Positions 37,051 through 49,662 of a stretch of 64,000 nt of DNA are shown here, piece by piece (within the stretch, counting starts at the first letter, position 1; each line of letters starts with the position of its first letter). Under the pieces are notes generated by a model. The model did not search any database, was not told where the DNA came from, and worked only from the letters and a program-made list of their open reading frames with translations. This stretch comes from Lama glama. Taxonomy: Eukaryota. A program made the position numbers and the translations under genes. Where the stretch lies: assembly GCA_028534125.1 (NCBI GenBank), contig CM052820.1, forward strand, positions 6,634,001-6,698,000, given 5' to 3'.

Positions 37051-37431
37051 TTCAACACACAAAATAGCGTTGGTCCAGCAGCCCTTCCTGTGGAGAACCC
37101 CCAATTCTGGGCTGACCCTGGCCCCAGAATTGGATGTGAACCCCAGGGCAGGTAACAAGGGATTTCATTCCCGTGACCTCAGTGATTGGTTCAGCAGAGA
37201 GCACAGGAGCCAACCTAGGCCTGGGACTGTCCTGCCAGAGCAGTGGAAACAAGGGCCTCTCTCTTCCCAGGAGGGTGGCTGAATGCCAGAAAATGGACCC
37301 CACACAGGAGGGCCAAGCTGGAAAGACAGAGCCCTGAGGACAAGGCTGAGCCCTGGGTCCAGCCACGCCCGCACTTGGCAATTGTGGTAGCTGGCTAATC
37401 CTTCCGCTAATCTGGGTTGAGCTTGGTTTCT

Positions 37432-37826
37432 TTCTTTCTTTCTTTTTTTTTTTTTGTCTTTTTTTTTTTAATTGAAGTATAGTCAGTTTACAATGTTGTG
37501 TCAGTTTCTGGTGTACAGCACAGTGCTTCGGTCATACATGAATATACATATATTTGTTTTCATATTCTTTTTCACCATAAGCTACAACAGGATATTGAAT
37601 ATAGTTCCCTGTGCTATACAGTATAAACTTGTTTATTTTATATATACCAGTCAGTATCTGCAAATCTAGAACTCTCAATTTATCCCTTCCCACCCCCTCC
37701 CCCTCGGTAACCGTAAGTTTGTTTTCTATGTCTGTGAGTCTGTTTCTGTTTTGTAAATTCATTTGTCCTTTTTTTTTTTCGATTCCACATATGAGAGATA
37801 TCATATGGTATTTTTATTTCTCTTTC
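37432..37826 (-). mobile_element. Young lineage-type L1 3' end
   Basis: Poly-T then TTAATTGAAGTATAGTCAGTTTACAATGTTGTG...GATTCCACATATGAG. TSD TGAGCTT(G/T)GTTTCT at 37418-37431 and 37827-37840. Confidence 0.9.
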
Positions 37827-38409
37827 TGAGCTTTGTTTCTGTTATTTCCAACTTTCATTCACTTTGCAGTTGCAGTATCTAGCATTGCCTGGAGCATAGT
37901 GGCACTTACCTGGCTAAACAAATATTGGTTGAAAGTGTTTGGGGTTCACCCTGGCAACTCTATCACCTGTTCTCTGCTCTGGGCTCCGGTCAAGTTCAGC
38001 TGCTTGGCCCCCCTCCCCAACCAAGCACCCATCATGCCTGCCTCGGCTTTCGTTGTCGACACCTCTGTTGGGGACACCATCTCTCCTCTCCTTTTAGGTT
38101 TGACTCAAGGAGGCCCTGATACTGGGATCTGAACTGTCAGTCTCCCTTCTCTGAATTCTTTGCTTTCACTACATGGGGACAGTTCACGACTCACTTATAG
38201 AAAGTGGCATCTCCTTGAGGGAAGGGGGTGGACACACTGGGTTGTCTTTTCATCCCCTTGGGATCCCTGGGCACCAGACTTCCTCACATGAGCCATCTGC
38301 TGGCCCAGGAAGGGAGGTAAACGCATGCCTCTGTGGTCAGGCAGGTGACCTCAGTACTGATGTAGACCATGCAGCTCCTTCTAAGGGGTCAGCTCCGTTG
38401 CCAGTTGCC

Positions 38410-38575
38410 CTGAAGAAAAAAGGTTCTTAGATTTTCAAGAGAAGCAGAAATCCATATTTTTATTTAAAATTTCCTTGCTTTGAAATGTTGGTAACTAATT
38501 CACAACTTAAGAAACACTATGTGGGGCAAATAAATCCATCAATGGGCTGGTTTCAGCCAAGGATTTGGAGATTCT
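38410..38575. mobile_element. MER103C-like hAT-Charlie fragment
   Basis: TTTTCAAGAGAAGCAGAAATCC...AAATGTTGGTAACTAATTCA...ACACTATGTGGGGCAAA. Confidence 0.55.
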
Positions 38576-38826
38576 GCTGGGAATGAGGAATGCATGAATG
38601 GACAAATTCACAGCCAGGGCTGCAGCATGAAGGTGTGTGGGGTGTGACCTATGTAAGTCGTCAGCTGAGGGCAGGAGTCAGGGCTGGTGTCGAAGCGTCA
38701 CTCACCACATCAGGCTGCCAGATGCACTGTGTCCAGCCAGAGGGTAGGCTGGTGGCTTTCCAAAGCTCCCTTTTCAAAATGGACAAAATCACAAAAAAGA
38801 GTAAAAAGCATGTAGAGACCTGGGTC

Positions 38827-38929
38827 TAGGGTGACCAACTTGTCCTGGTTTGCCTGGTTTTAAATCCCAAAGTCCCACATCCCAAGAACCCTCTTAGTCC
38901 CAGGCCAGCTGGGACGGTTGGGCACCCTA
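38827..38929. mobile_element. MER81-like hAT-Blackjack MITE
   Basis: Terminal inverted repeats TAGGGTGACCAAC / GTTGGGCACCCTA, 103 bp. Confidence 0.75.
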
Positions 38930-39528
38930 GCTAGATCTGATCCCTCTTCCCACCATGTCCCCAGCCCGCTGGTGGACAATCATCATGGCAGCTGAAATAT
39001 GTGAGCTCATTAAGTACCAGACATCATGTGTTAGGAGCTGCATTGTTTCCCTCACGTTTCATAACATCTTCATGGTGTGGATTTGTTACCTGTTCTACAG
39101 ATGACAGTTGGAGTTGCAGAGGGTGAAGTGATCGGCCCACGGCCAGTAGCCTTGCTGGGGTTTGAGCCTACATTGGTCTCGCTCTGTGCTCAACCCCACT
39201 CTCAGAGGGCGCAGCAGGGTGGCCTGAGCCTGAAGCCCCGGGGAAGGGGCAGGTTTCAGCTCCCCAGAAACGCACTTGCCTGGTTGGAGGTCCACCCAGG
39301 ATCAATTTTTGCAGGTCTGAACCCTCCACGCCTGGCCTCTCAGACCTGCCCAGGCTCTTGTCTTTCTGTACTTTGGCCCCTAACCCCTGAAAGGGACAAC
39401 CCAAGAAGCCCTCAGGAGACACTTTTCTGTTTCCAGAACACCGCCGCCCCCTCCTCTCCCTCCATCCTGTGCCCACTGCACAAACAAGGGATGAGGCTGG
39501 CGCTTGGAAAATAAACGCTGACTGGTGA

Positions 39529-39534
39529 TTTATT
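39529..39534 (-). terminator. TEX44 polyadenylation signal AATAAA
   Basis: TTTATT on + (AATAAA on -) about 75 nt past the stop codon, followed on - by a U-rich element (GTTTATTTT). Confidence 0.75.
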
Positions 39535-39609
39535 GCCCAGTTCGGGGAGAGCCGTCCAGGGCAGGACATGAGTGTCCCTGGGGTCTTGGAAGGTCGTGGA
39601 ATGCAGAAT

Positions 39610-40686
<1,077 letters not shown>

Positions 40687-40753
40687 CTAGGCCTTCTGTC
40701 ACTTGTGCTGGTTGAGGGAGTGACCACTGCCTTGCTGGGCTGAGTTGTTCAGG

Positions 40754-40796
40754 TGGTGATGTCACAGGGGGCTGTTGAAGCTGGTGATGTCACAGG
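40754..40796 (-). promoter_or_regulatory. Putative TEX44 proximal promoter with two CRE-like TGACATCA sites
   Basis: Perfect 15-bp direct repeat TGGTGATGTCACAGG at 40754-40768 and 40782-40796, 70-110 bp upstream of the ATG. Each copy contains TGATGTCA/TGACATCA (CRE with 1 mismatch). Confidence 0.55.
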
Positions 40797-41168
40797 CACC
40801 TGCAGAGCAAGGGTCGTGAGTCTCCAGAGTGGCTGCCCTAGGGGACTGAGTCTCTGGGACTGTTCATGGCCAAGTTTGCTAATGTCTAAGGAGAGCAAGG
40901 CAGATGTGGAGAAACATGGAAGTTGTACACAGGTGCAGTTGCCCGCAAGGAATCATGATGGCTATGACTCTGATGAAAGAGAATGGGATACTGATGTTGA
41001 TTTATAATAATGTCATAAGGGACCACTCCCAGCACCTCTCTGTTCACACTGCTGACTGATTTGGCCAAGTCTTTCTGCAGAGAGTGAGTTTCGCAGCAGT
41101 GGTGAGTAGGAACAAGTGAAGGCTAAGGGCCTGGGCAGCAACTGGCCCTGATTGTCTTTGGTTGTGGG

Positions 41169-41439
41169 AGCTATAGGCGGAAGGTGTGTGTCTCATCCTG
41201 AAATTTATGTGTTGAAAGCTAATCCCCAGTGTAATAGTATTTGGAGTTGGGGCCTTGGGGAAGTGATTACGTCTGAGGGTGGGGCCCTCATGAATGGGCT
41301 TGGTGCCCTGATAAAATGGACCACACCAAGTTCCCTGGCCCCCTCCTCCATGTGAATTGCAGCCAGGAGATGGCTATCTATGAGCGAGGAAGCAAGTACT
41401 CACCCGACACTGAATCTGCAGCCTGAATGGACTAAGACA
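41169..41439 (+). mobile_element. MaLR LTR (MLT1A-like), internally deleted
   Basis: TATGTGTTGAAAGCTAATCCCCAGTG...GGGCCCTCATGAATGGG...GCAGCCTGAATGGACTAAGACA. Confidence 0.75.
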
Positions 41440-42094
41440 GGGGTTAGCCCTGGGATGCAGGATAAGCAGTCTCCATCTTCTCCTTGCTTAACTAGGTTGG
41501 GAGGGCAGAGAGTAACAAAAGATCTGTAAAGCCCTGAGTGTTCTTTGGAGAAGCGTAGACCCAGATAAATGTGCTTGTGCTTGTGATTAAGACAGTGGTT
41601 AGAGGGAGAGTTCCAGTCTGTCATGCCTGTGCTCCCCTGCGGTTATCACCTAACGTTTAGAGACTGTTTATCATGCACAGGAAAAGAAGCTACACATCCA
41701 TCTAACCTCCAACAACCCCATCATCTCTAGGTAGGTGCGGATCCATTATCGGGAAGCCGAGCCTCAGAGGGAATAAATGACTTATTTAAAGGCACACTAT
41801 TAATAAGCACTGAATCTGGGATTTCAGAGCTCAGGCTCTCCAGCACTACCTTATATCCAGAAGGGGTATTAAAATATTGAATGATTGGCATAGGAAGGAT
41901 ATTGGCTAATGCAGAGAAAGGCTTACCATAATCTCACCGCATCAGTATGTAACAGTTGCTGTCACTTCTCCGAGCACCAGGCTCAATGCTTAATGAGTAT
42001 TTCTTCTCCCCATGAATACTCTGGCCATCTCAGAAGTCACAGGGCAAACCCAAGTTTGTCAGTGTGGGATGACCTTATACTTTGTAAAGGAGTC

Positions 42095-42605
42095 ACGGAA
42101 AAGACTGCTAGTTGCTCATCTTAGTAGCCGTTCTTCCTCAAGATCAGAAGTCCAATTTTATTTAGGGTGGCTATGTGCTCAGACAAAAGAATATATTTCC
42201 CAGCCTCCCTTGCAGCTAGGTAAGATCTTCTGGCCAATGAAATGTAAGCAGAAAGTATTGAGTGGAACTTCAGGAAGAATTCTTCAAAGAGCAGAACACC
42301 TTTTTGCTCCTTCTCCTTTATGCCATCCTGTTATCAAGAATGTGAAGGCTGGAGCACCAGCAGCCATTCTGATACATGAAGTGACCTTGAGGTTGGAAGG
42401 CACACACTAAATGCCACACAATTTGTGGAACACATAGAAGGAATCTGGGTCCCATGGTTGGAGCCACCACACCAGCCACCAGATCAGACCAGACTGTTGC
42501 TATCCTCCAGAATTCTTTGTGTGAGGGAAAATAATTGCATATATGCTCAAACCATTGTTATTTTGGGTTTTCTGTTACATGCAGCTAAACTTAATCCTTA
42601 TCCAG
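42095..42605 (+). mobile_element. Old MaLR LTR (MLT1J-like)
   Basis: ATTTCCCAGCCTCCCTTGCAGCTAGG...TTCTGGCCAATGAAATGTAAGCAGAA...TTTCTGTTACATGCAGCTAAAC. Confidence 0.7.
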
Positions 42606-43554
42606 TTCTGACAGTTATGACATCCCTGTCAGGTAGGTGGTTGTTCAGTGTTTGTTCGAATAATTTCCTGTCTTAAAAATCAAGGTCAGCACATTGCATT
42701 AAGTGCTTGGCACTGTACAGGTGTTATTCCCCCACTATTCAGATAAGGAAACTGAGACTTAGAGAAACTAAATACACAGCAAGTTAAATGCTTGACTCCA
42801 AAGCCCTCCATACCCCCACTGCCTCCTGCTTCTAGTTAGAAAGTTCTTAATGTCACCTTATGGGCAGACTGTGTCCCACTACAACCATTAGACACTCTTC
42901 ATAGGCACCGAAGCCAAACTCCTTGTCCTCCTTGTCCTTCCATTTGGAATTCAAGTTTTAATTCAACGTATTGCACTTTACACTTACCCTTGTTAAGTTT
43001 CACATGCCTTAAGAATCTGTGCCAAGATGTCAAAGAGCAGAGAAGATTATTAAAATTGGGGTAAAAAAATATTGTTCATTTATAAATAAATATTAGATAT
43101 TGGTATAGAACACAATGTATATTTATTCTATTGTTACATGGAATATATATATATATACACACACATATATATACACATACACATATACAAAAGAAAATAT
43201 ATCTAAACATTTTTTTCTTAATTTAGTTCAAAAGTTTCCTGCCTTTATTAAGTAGTGTTCAGAAGAGGAAATTAGTCTAAAAAACTTTGCCTTTGATTCC
43301 TTTCAACTCCTGTCTTGTAGAGACAATGACTCTCCTATTAAATATTCTTATTTTAGGGTAAATTCAGTTTATGGAATATTATGCAGCTGTATAAAGCCTA
43401 CATATACACATGGGAAAATGCTTGCCATATACTATCACCCTAAAAAGCAGGATAAAATATTTTATGTACATTATGTATGTTTGCCAATACACTCAGCTGG
43501 AGGTAATGAAAACCCAATTCAAACTGGGTAAGCAAAAGTAATAAAAATAAAAGT

Positions 43555-43678
43555 GGAGCAGGGAGGGTGTAGCTCAGTGGTAGAGTGCCTGCTTAGCATG
43601 CACAAGGTCCTGGATTCAATCTACAGTACCTCAGTTAAAAATAGATAAAAAATAAAAACATATATACATACATCCCCC
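43555..43678 (+). mobile_element. tRNA-Ala-derived camelid SINE (Vic-1-like) inside an old MaLR LTR (~43490-44120)
   Basis: GGGAGGGTGTAGCTCAGTGGTAGAGTGCCTGCTTAGCATGCACAAGGTCCTGGATTCAAT. TSD AAAGTAATA(A/C)AAATAAA at 43535-43551 and 43679-43695. Confidence 0.9.
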
Positions 43679-44663
43679 AAAGTAATACAAATAAAGGGAT
43701 TTATTGGTTCACAGAAATGTATAAAGTCTAAAGGGATGTTTCTGCAGAGACCTCAGTTCAGTGATGCTGTCAAGATTCAGTCTTCTCTTTCTCCCTCTCT
43801 TGGTTCCCTTTTCTCACTGATGGACAGATTTTTAGGAATAGTCCTCTGTATGCAGGTTGCTAGCAGCTTCAGGTCAATGCAGACACCCTGGTCCTCAGTA
43901 GTTACAGCAAACCTCAGGCCCTGAGTTTCATAGGTTCCTGTGTTTTCCTCTGAAGAAATCAACTTGGGGACAAAATCCTGGCTGGTCAGGCATGGAATGG
44001 GGACATGGGGTCAGTCTCATTGAAACATAAGGCCTGCAAATAGTAGTGGAGTTGGTCCCAAAGGAAACTGGGGTGCTGTTACCAAAGAGGGCAAAATGGA
44101 CTCTGAGCAGGAAACACAGATGAGATCTGCTGTATGGTGATTACAGACATTTAAAGAAAGTCTACTAGGCAAAGCCCGGCAGAAAGCAAAATGCCCACAA
44201 GAGATGCTGATTATTGTAACAAAATCAGAAAATACACGTAAGCAAAAATAAGTAAATAATAATAAAAACAAAAATCACCCTAAGCAATATGGTGGACTGA
44301 GTGTGTGGGAACCTGTTACCCCAACATACTCACACTTACTCTCACTCTTATACTGACACGCACTCACACTGACACACACTGGCATCTTTCAGACGCAGAG
44401 ATGCGGGGTAGCAACACAGCCCACAACAGGTTAAGTGTATAGCTAAGCTGCAAAACATGGTAGGGCGCAGGCTCCAGAAGGGATGGAAGTGGGGACGGGG
44501 CCGGGTGTCGGCTGAGGTCAGGCGTTGGGGATTTTCTAATGTCCTTCTCAGGACAGCCCCGCTGTGGCCCTGGGCGGGCCTCCCTGTCAGTGAGGAGGGC
44601 TCCCCCAGAGCTCTGCCCACAAGCCAGACATAATCAGGGCTCAGCTCAGCTCTGAGTGGGGGT

Positions 44664-44671
44664 TGACGTCA
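44664..44671. promoter_or_regulatory. Full palindromic CRE (TGACGTCA)
   Basis: Exact CRE in a locally CpG-enriched patch (~44400-44900), 4 kb upstream of TEX44. Confidence 0.4.
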
Positions 44672-45069
44672 CACCGTAGGAGGAAGCTTCCACCTGACTG
44701 TGCTGTTGCTGTTGGAATTGGGTGAAGCCGTGGAAGTAGCTGCCGCCCCAGGACCTCAGACTTGCTGGGAACCCCCTATAAGCCCCAAACCTGCAGAGCT
44801 GTCCATCGGAGTGCATCGGCTGATAGACCCGCCTCTTCCCTGTGTCAGCTTACTAGCTTAACATCAGCCTGGGGGGATTGTTTCCCCCATGGAAAACGAC
44901 TAAGAATTGTTTTCCCCAGTAAATCGGTGGTTCACCAGCACACCGCTGAGTCTGAGTACACTCTCTTTCCCTGGCAGGGGGCTGTTTGCCCTGCCCTCCT
45001 AAGGGATAACACTCAGGGCTCCCTTTTGAGGACGGTCTCACGCCATGATCCCCCAGCGTCCCACACAGC

Positions 45070-45229
45070 AAGGCAGCTGGTGCTGCGGCTCCCAAGTGGC
45101 CTCTGGGACTGAGCTGCCCGGGTTCAAATCCTGCCGCTGCTGTAACCTGCTGTGTAACCCAAAGCAAGTTACTTCACATCTGTACCTCGGTTCTTCCGAC
45201 TTTTAAGTGGGGCTAATAATAGTCCTACC
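45070..45229 (+). mobile_element. MIR SINE fragment
   Basis: CTGCCCGGGTTCAAATCCTG...GCTGTGTAACC...GCAAGTTACTTCAC...AATAATAGTCCTACC. Confidence 0.7.
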
Positions 45230-45531
45230 TGTGGTATAATGAAAAGTAATATATATTTGTTTTTTGTCCTGGCCAGAGCTCCTAAAACCTTTGGAATTTC
45301 CTAGTAAGAGTGTCTTGTGTTATTCATAATTGCTGACCATGCCTGAGTTTATGTTAACGAGGGGACTAGTAAGATTCTGGAGGGGGACTGGTTGCCAGAG
45401 GAACCAGTCTTGTGGTTAGAGGATTGCAACTTTCAGCCCCACCCCCGCAACTCTAGGGAGGGGGAGGGGCCGGGGGTGGAGTTGACCAATCACCAATGAC
45501 CAATGATTTAATCAATTGTAACTACATAATG
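45230..45531 (+). mobile_element. MER21-like LTR, 3'-truncated
   Basis: Homologous to 34267-34575 (CAGAGCTCCTAAAACCTTTGGAATTTC, GTTATTCATAAT, CCAGAGGAACCA, CTACATAATG). Confidence 0.7.
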
Positions 45532-46419
45532 GGCTTTGTTTTTCCCAGTAAATTAGTGGTTTACAGTAAATGGGCCTGGAGCCTTCTGGAGCTCTGCGGC
45601 CCTGCCCACACTCCTCCCCCGACCCGCACGCCCATGGCCCTGTCCACGAGAAGGGTGGTGCACACGGCCCCTACCTGCCAGTGAGACCACCTGGGGGCCC
45701 TAGTCTCAGGTGGCAGCTCCTCCCTCTGTCCCAGCTCTCCGCTCCCCCTTCCCCCGCCCCCGGCAGCCCTTCTGAATGTCAGCGCTCTAAGGGGGTGCTC
45801 AGATTCTGCCTCTTCCCAAAGCTCCTGCTTCCTGTGTTTTCAAGACCTTTAAGGAGTTGAGCAACCTGGGCTCCTTTAGCAGGTGGTATGGGAACTCCAC
45901 TTAGAACACACTGGGTTTGTTTGGAAGAAATATGTTAATAAGCCCCATGGGGTGGGGGCTGAGACCCCGAAGGCATTCTCAAATGACAAAACGTGATGCT
46001 ACTCTGCTTTCTAAGGAGATGGATGCTGTTACCCCAAGAAGAGAGACTTCGTTTGGAAAGAGCTGGGTTTGGGCCAGGAGCCCTCCAGCCTAGGTGCTCT
46101 GTGGGAGAGATGGGGTGAGGGTTTTGAAGTTCTTCGGTTGCACTGAGAAGGGGAGAAAAGGTCAGGCCTTTCTCGGAGCGGAGCAGGTGAGGCTTGGGGA
46201 GAACAGAAATGTCTAGAGGGAATTTTTAAATTGTTTGTGTTGAGCTCTCCAAGGTACACCCGTCACCTTCTCTCCACAACATCAAAAATCACACCTTGTT
46301 TGCTAGTGCTTTTGTGTGAGCGCTGGCGGCCAGGGAGCTGCAGACCCAGGGGACTAGTTTCTCCTGGAGGTTGGCAGGAGCAAACTGCCCTGGGGACGTG
46401 GAGCAGGGACAGTGGAGGG

Positions 46420-46900
46420 CTGAGTTACAAAATGGTGCTGGGCCAGTTGGTTAAGTATCTGGAAAAACATTGGGTTAGTTTCTCACTTTCACTTAAAGAA
46501 GCAAGTACAAAGAAAGAAAAAGAGAGAGAGGTCCTAAGTAAACTAAAAATATTTGGTTTTGGGGAGACGTACTTTCTAAACATAAAAGAAATTCCAAGGA
46601 GGAAAAATAGACATAGGTCAAAAAGCAATCTAAAAAATTTAAGAACAAACCATGAACTGGGAAAAAATACTTGCTACAAATATAACATAGGATTAATACC
46701 TACACTATATGAAGATCCCAAACAGCTCAATAAGATGCCATTATATACCAAAGACCACAATGTGCAAAAGATGAGCACAGGTCACTTACCAAAGAAATCT
46801 GAATAACGAATAACCATGGGACAATGTTCAAAGGTATTAAAAGCAGTACAAGTTAAGAAAAACAAGGTATCTTTAGGTAATGGGATTATAAGTGACTTAA

Positions 46901-46935
<35 letters not shown>

Positions 46936-46990
46936 TGAATTTTCTAATGTTTCTCTAGTAACATGTATTACTTGCATCAAGATCCTAAGA
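46420..46990 (+). mobile_element. Ancient L1 fragments with (TG)n at ~46903-46932
   Basis: A-rich L1 ORF2-end blocks (AACTGGGAAAAAATACTTGC...GGATTAATACCTACACTATATGAAGA). Confidence 0.5.
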
Positions 46991-47584
46991 GTTAAAAACA
47001 CGGTTGGGTCAAATAACAAATGAGTAGCCAGCATCAGAGACTTCTAGTTGTGGTGGACCATAGGCAAGTTTTTTCTTTCAAGCTTTTGTGCATTTTGAAA
47101 TTTATACAATTCATTTGCCCTTTCAACAATGAGTAAATATTACTTGAAGTATTAGAACAAATTTGCAAGTTAAAATAAATTCCTTCTCCCTAAACTTCCA
47201 GAAGCCTGGGCCCTGTATGCAAATAGGATTCCACCCAAACACCCACTCTGAGTGGGAAGGCAGTTGAACTGAGAGACCACCCCTCCCACCCCCATCTCTA
47301 AAACAAAGTGGTGTTTCAGTCCTCTACCCACCACATACACACCCCCTTGGGCTGCCGCAGCCCTTAGGATGCCTTTTCTAGTCCGGCCTCCATCTCCAGG
47401 GTCCACCTTGATCTCTCCCCACCCTCAGGTTTGGCCTGCCAGCTGCTGTGAGAGGACTCAGGCCCCTCAGAAGCCTGGTTGGGGGCTGTGCAGTGGCCGG
47501 AGGGGGGCCCTGAGGGGACTCTGGTGCAGATCAGCCTTGAGAAGCTGGACCAGCAGACCCCTGAAATTCACCTGCCAAGCGGTG

Positions 47585-47993
47585 AATTATTCCTCTGCTC
47601 ACGTGTCCCACCACTCATCCTTACTCCTGGGTGTCTGCCCTTCAGAGTGTGACTATATTAGGAGACTGGGCCTTTAGAGAGGTAATTAAATTAGAATGGG
47701 GTCACTAGGGTGGGTAACTCAGTATGACTGGTGTCCTTTTAAGAAGAAGAAATGGGGACCCAGACACACGCACACACAGAGAACGCCCCGTGAACATGAA
47801 GACGGCCATCCATAAACCAAGGAGAGGAGCTGGGAACAGCTCCTTCCTTCATGGCCCTCAGAAGGAATAAACAGGGCCGACACCTTGATTTCTCCCTTCT
47901 GCCTTCTGCCTTCAGAACTGAGGAAACGCGTTTCTGTCATTTAAGCGCCACTGTCTGCGGCACTTTGTGTGGCAGCCTGAGCGGACGGATACA
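47585..47993 (+). mobile_element. MaLR LTR (MLT1B-like)
   Basis: GTGACTATATTAGGAGA...GAGGTAATTAA...ATGACTGGTGTCCTT...GCCCTCAGAAGGAA...GCCGACACCTTGAT...GGCAGCC...ATACA. Confidence 0.8.
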
Positions 47994-49143
47994 GTGCTGT
48001 TGAGCACAGGATTAGGCCCTCGAGTAGAATCCCAAAGAGGCTAAAGATAGTTATCTGCTTGCAAAAAGTGTATCTAATTTGAGAGACAAGTCATCAATCT
48101 GTTGTCACAACATGGCCTAGTGCGTCAAATGCACATTCTCTGAAGTATGTGGGTTCCCAAGATCTAGGCTGCTAGAAAGACTTAACAAGGCTGCTAGAGG
48201 CCAAGCCTTGGGGTAGATTGGGGGGTGTCACAGGGTTTTGCCCTCAGGGTCCCCAACTGTCTCTCAGCTCCAGAGATCTGATAGTCACAGAGGGTGGGGT
48301 GAGGAGGGCGGAGGGGATGAGGAGATAGGGTGGGGATGGGGCAGAGCCACCTCCTGCTCCAGGCTGGGACTCTGCACCGAGCCAGCTTCACTCCATTCCT
48401 AGGGTGTCCTGTGGATGGTCTGTGCCTCTCAGGCCTGGGACTCACTGCTTCCCCTTCTCTCCTCCCACCAGGGGCTCCTCAACCTGGAAGGAGTGGGGAG
48501 AGGGCGGGTTTCCCCAGAGTCATCACTCTAACAAAGAGTTGCTCACTGAGCCTTTGCTCTAAACTAGTGGATTTTAGCCTCCTTAGTCTGGAAGGAACAA
48601 TTTGGAGAAGGGATGAAAGATATGGGCCCCTCTCCAGAAAAATGCACATGCACATTCACAGCCGCCCCACCTCTAAGATCTACCTGTGTCTGGTTATTTG
48701 CATTCCAGGGACCAGCAGACCCTTGAAATTCACCTGCCAAGAGGCTTGTAGGCCCAGAGTTGTGCACAGGTGGCAGGGAGGGTGGTCAGGGATGCAATCC
48801 AGGTGGAAGGCACCAAGGCAGCCAGAGGCGGCCCTGTGTGGGGAGGCAGTGGGAACATACTGGCTGATCCCCGAAAGCTGTCCCTGGAGGCAGGAGATCT
48901 CACTTTCTTCTGAGGCTGAGGGACTGGTGGAGGGTTCTGGGCAGGAGAGAGGCACAGAGTAAGTACCGCTTTGGGAAGGTTTGGGGAGGAAGCCTCTAAG
49001 AAGCACAGCCTTGTAAGAGCCTGCCTGCCACACTGCAGCACAAATGAGCACTGCATTTTGCAAACGTTCCCTAGAAGGACAGGCACTGTCTTCCAGAACA
49101 AAGCAGAAGAAAGAGCAGGGTCAGGAAGCCCAATCAGGTTTTG

Positions 49144-49408
49144 TTTGTTTTTTTTTTTAAACTTTTTTTATTGAGTTATAGTCATTTCACAGTGTTGTGT
49201 CAAATTCCAGTGTAGAGCACAATTTTTCAGTTATACATGAACATACATATATTCATTGTCACATTCTTTTTCACTGTGAGCTACCACAAGATCTTGTGTA
49301 TATTTCCCTGTGCTATACAGTATAATCTTGTTTATCTGTTCTGCATATGCCTGTCAGTATCGACAAAGTTTGAGTTCCCAGTCTATCCCTTCCCAACTCC
49401 TGCTCCCT
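49144..49408 (-). mobile_element. Young lineage-type L1 3' end
   Basis: Antisense L1 3'UTR after poly-T. Perfect 13-bp TSD CAATCAGGTTTTG at 49131-49143 and 49409-49421. Confidence 0.9.
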
Positions 49409-49662
49409 CAATCAGGTTTTGAGTAAATAGAACAACAAGTCTTGATCTGCCCTAAACAGGAATGTATTCATGGGGATTGGTCAGCAAGGAGTTTAGGAAA
49501 TGAGGATTTGGGGAACCAGCATTGTCAAGGGGAGAGGGGGTGTTCTCTCTAACATAACCCCAGGAGGGGATGGACCTTCAGTTTGCAGACACCTAGAGGG
49601 GTCCCACTCACCCGCACACCATGTCCACACTCAGCCAGCCACTTTGGGCGTCCCCTGGCTTC

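Noticed and set aside
13274-39215. Weaker CTCF-like matches (~13275, ~21645, ~25086, ~39200)
   Set aside because: Each has mismatches at key core positions; cannot be supported without PWM scoring.
46231-46806. 191-aa Lys-rich ORF
   Set aside because: Overlaps decayed A-rich L1 sequence; non-ATG start.
48330-48962. 210-aa ORF sharing TSRPLKFTCQ with ORF 47369-47677
   Set aside because: The shared peptide only reflects the 33-bp DNA duplication; no other coding signal.
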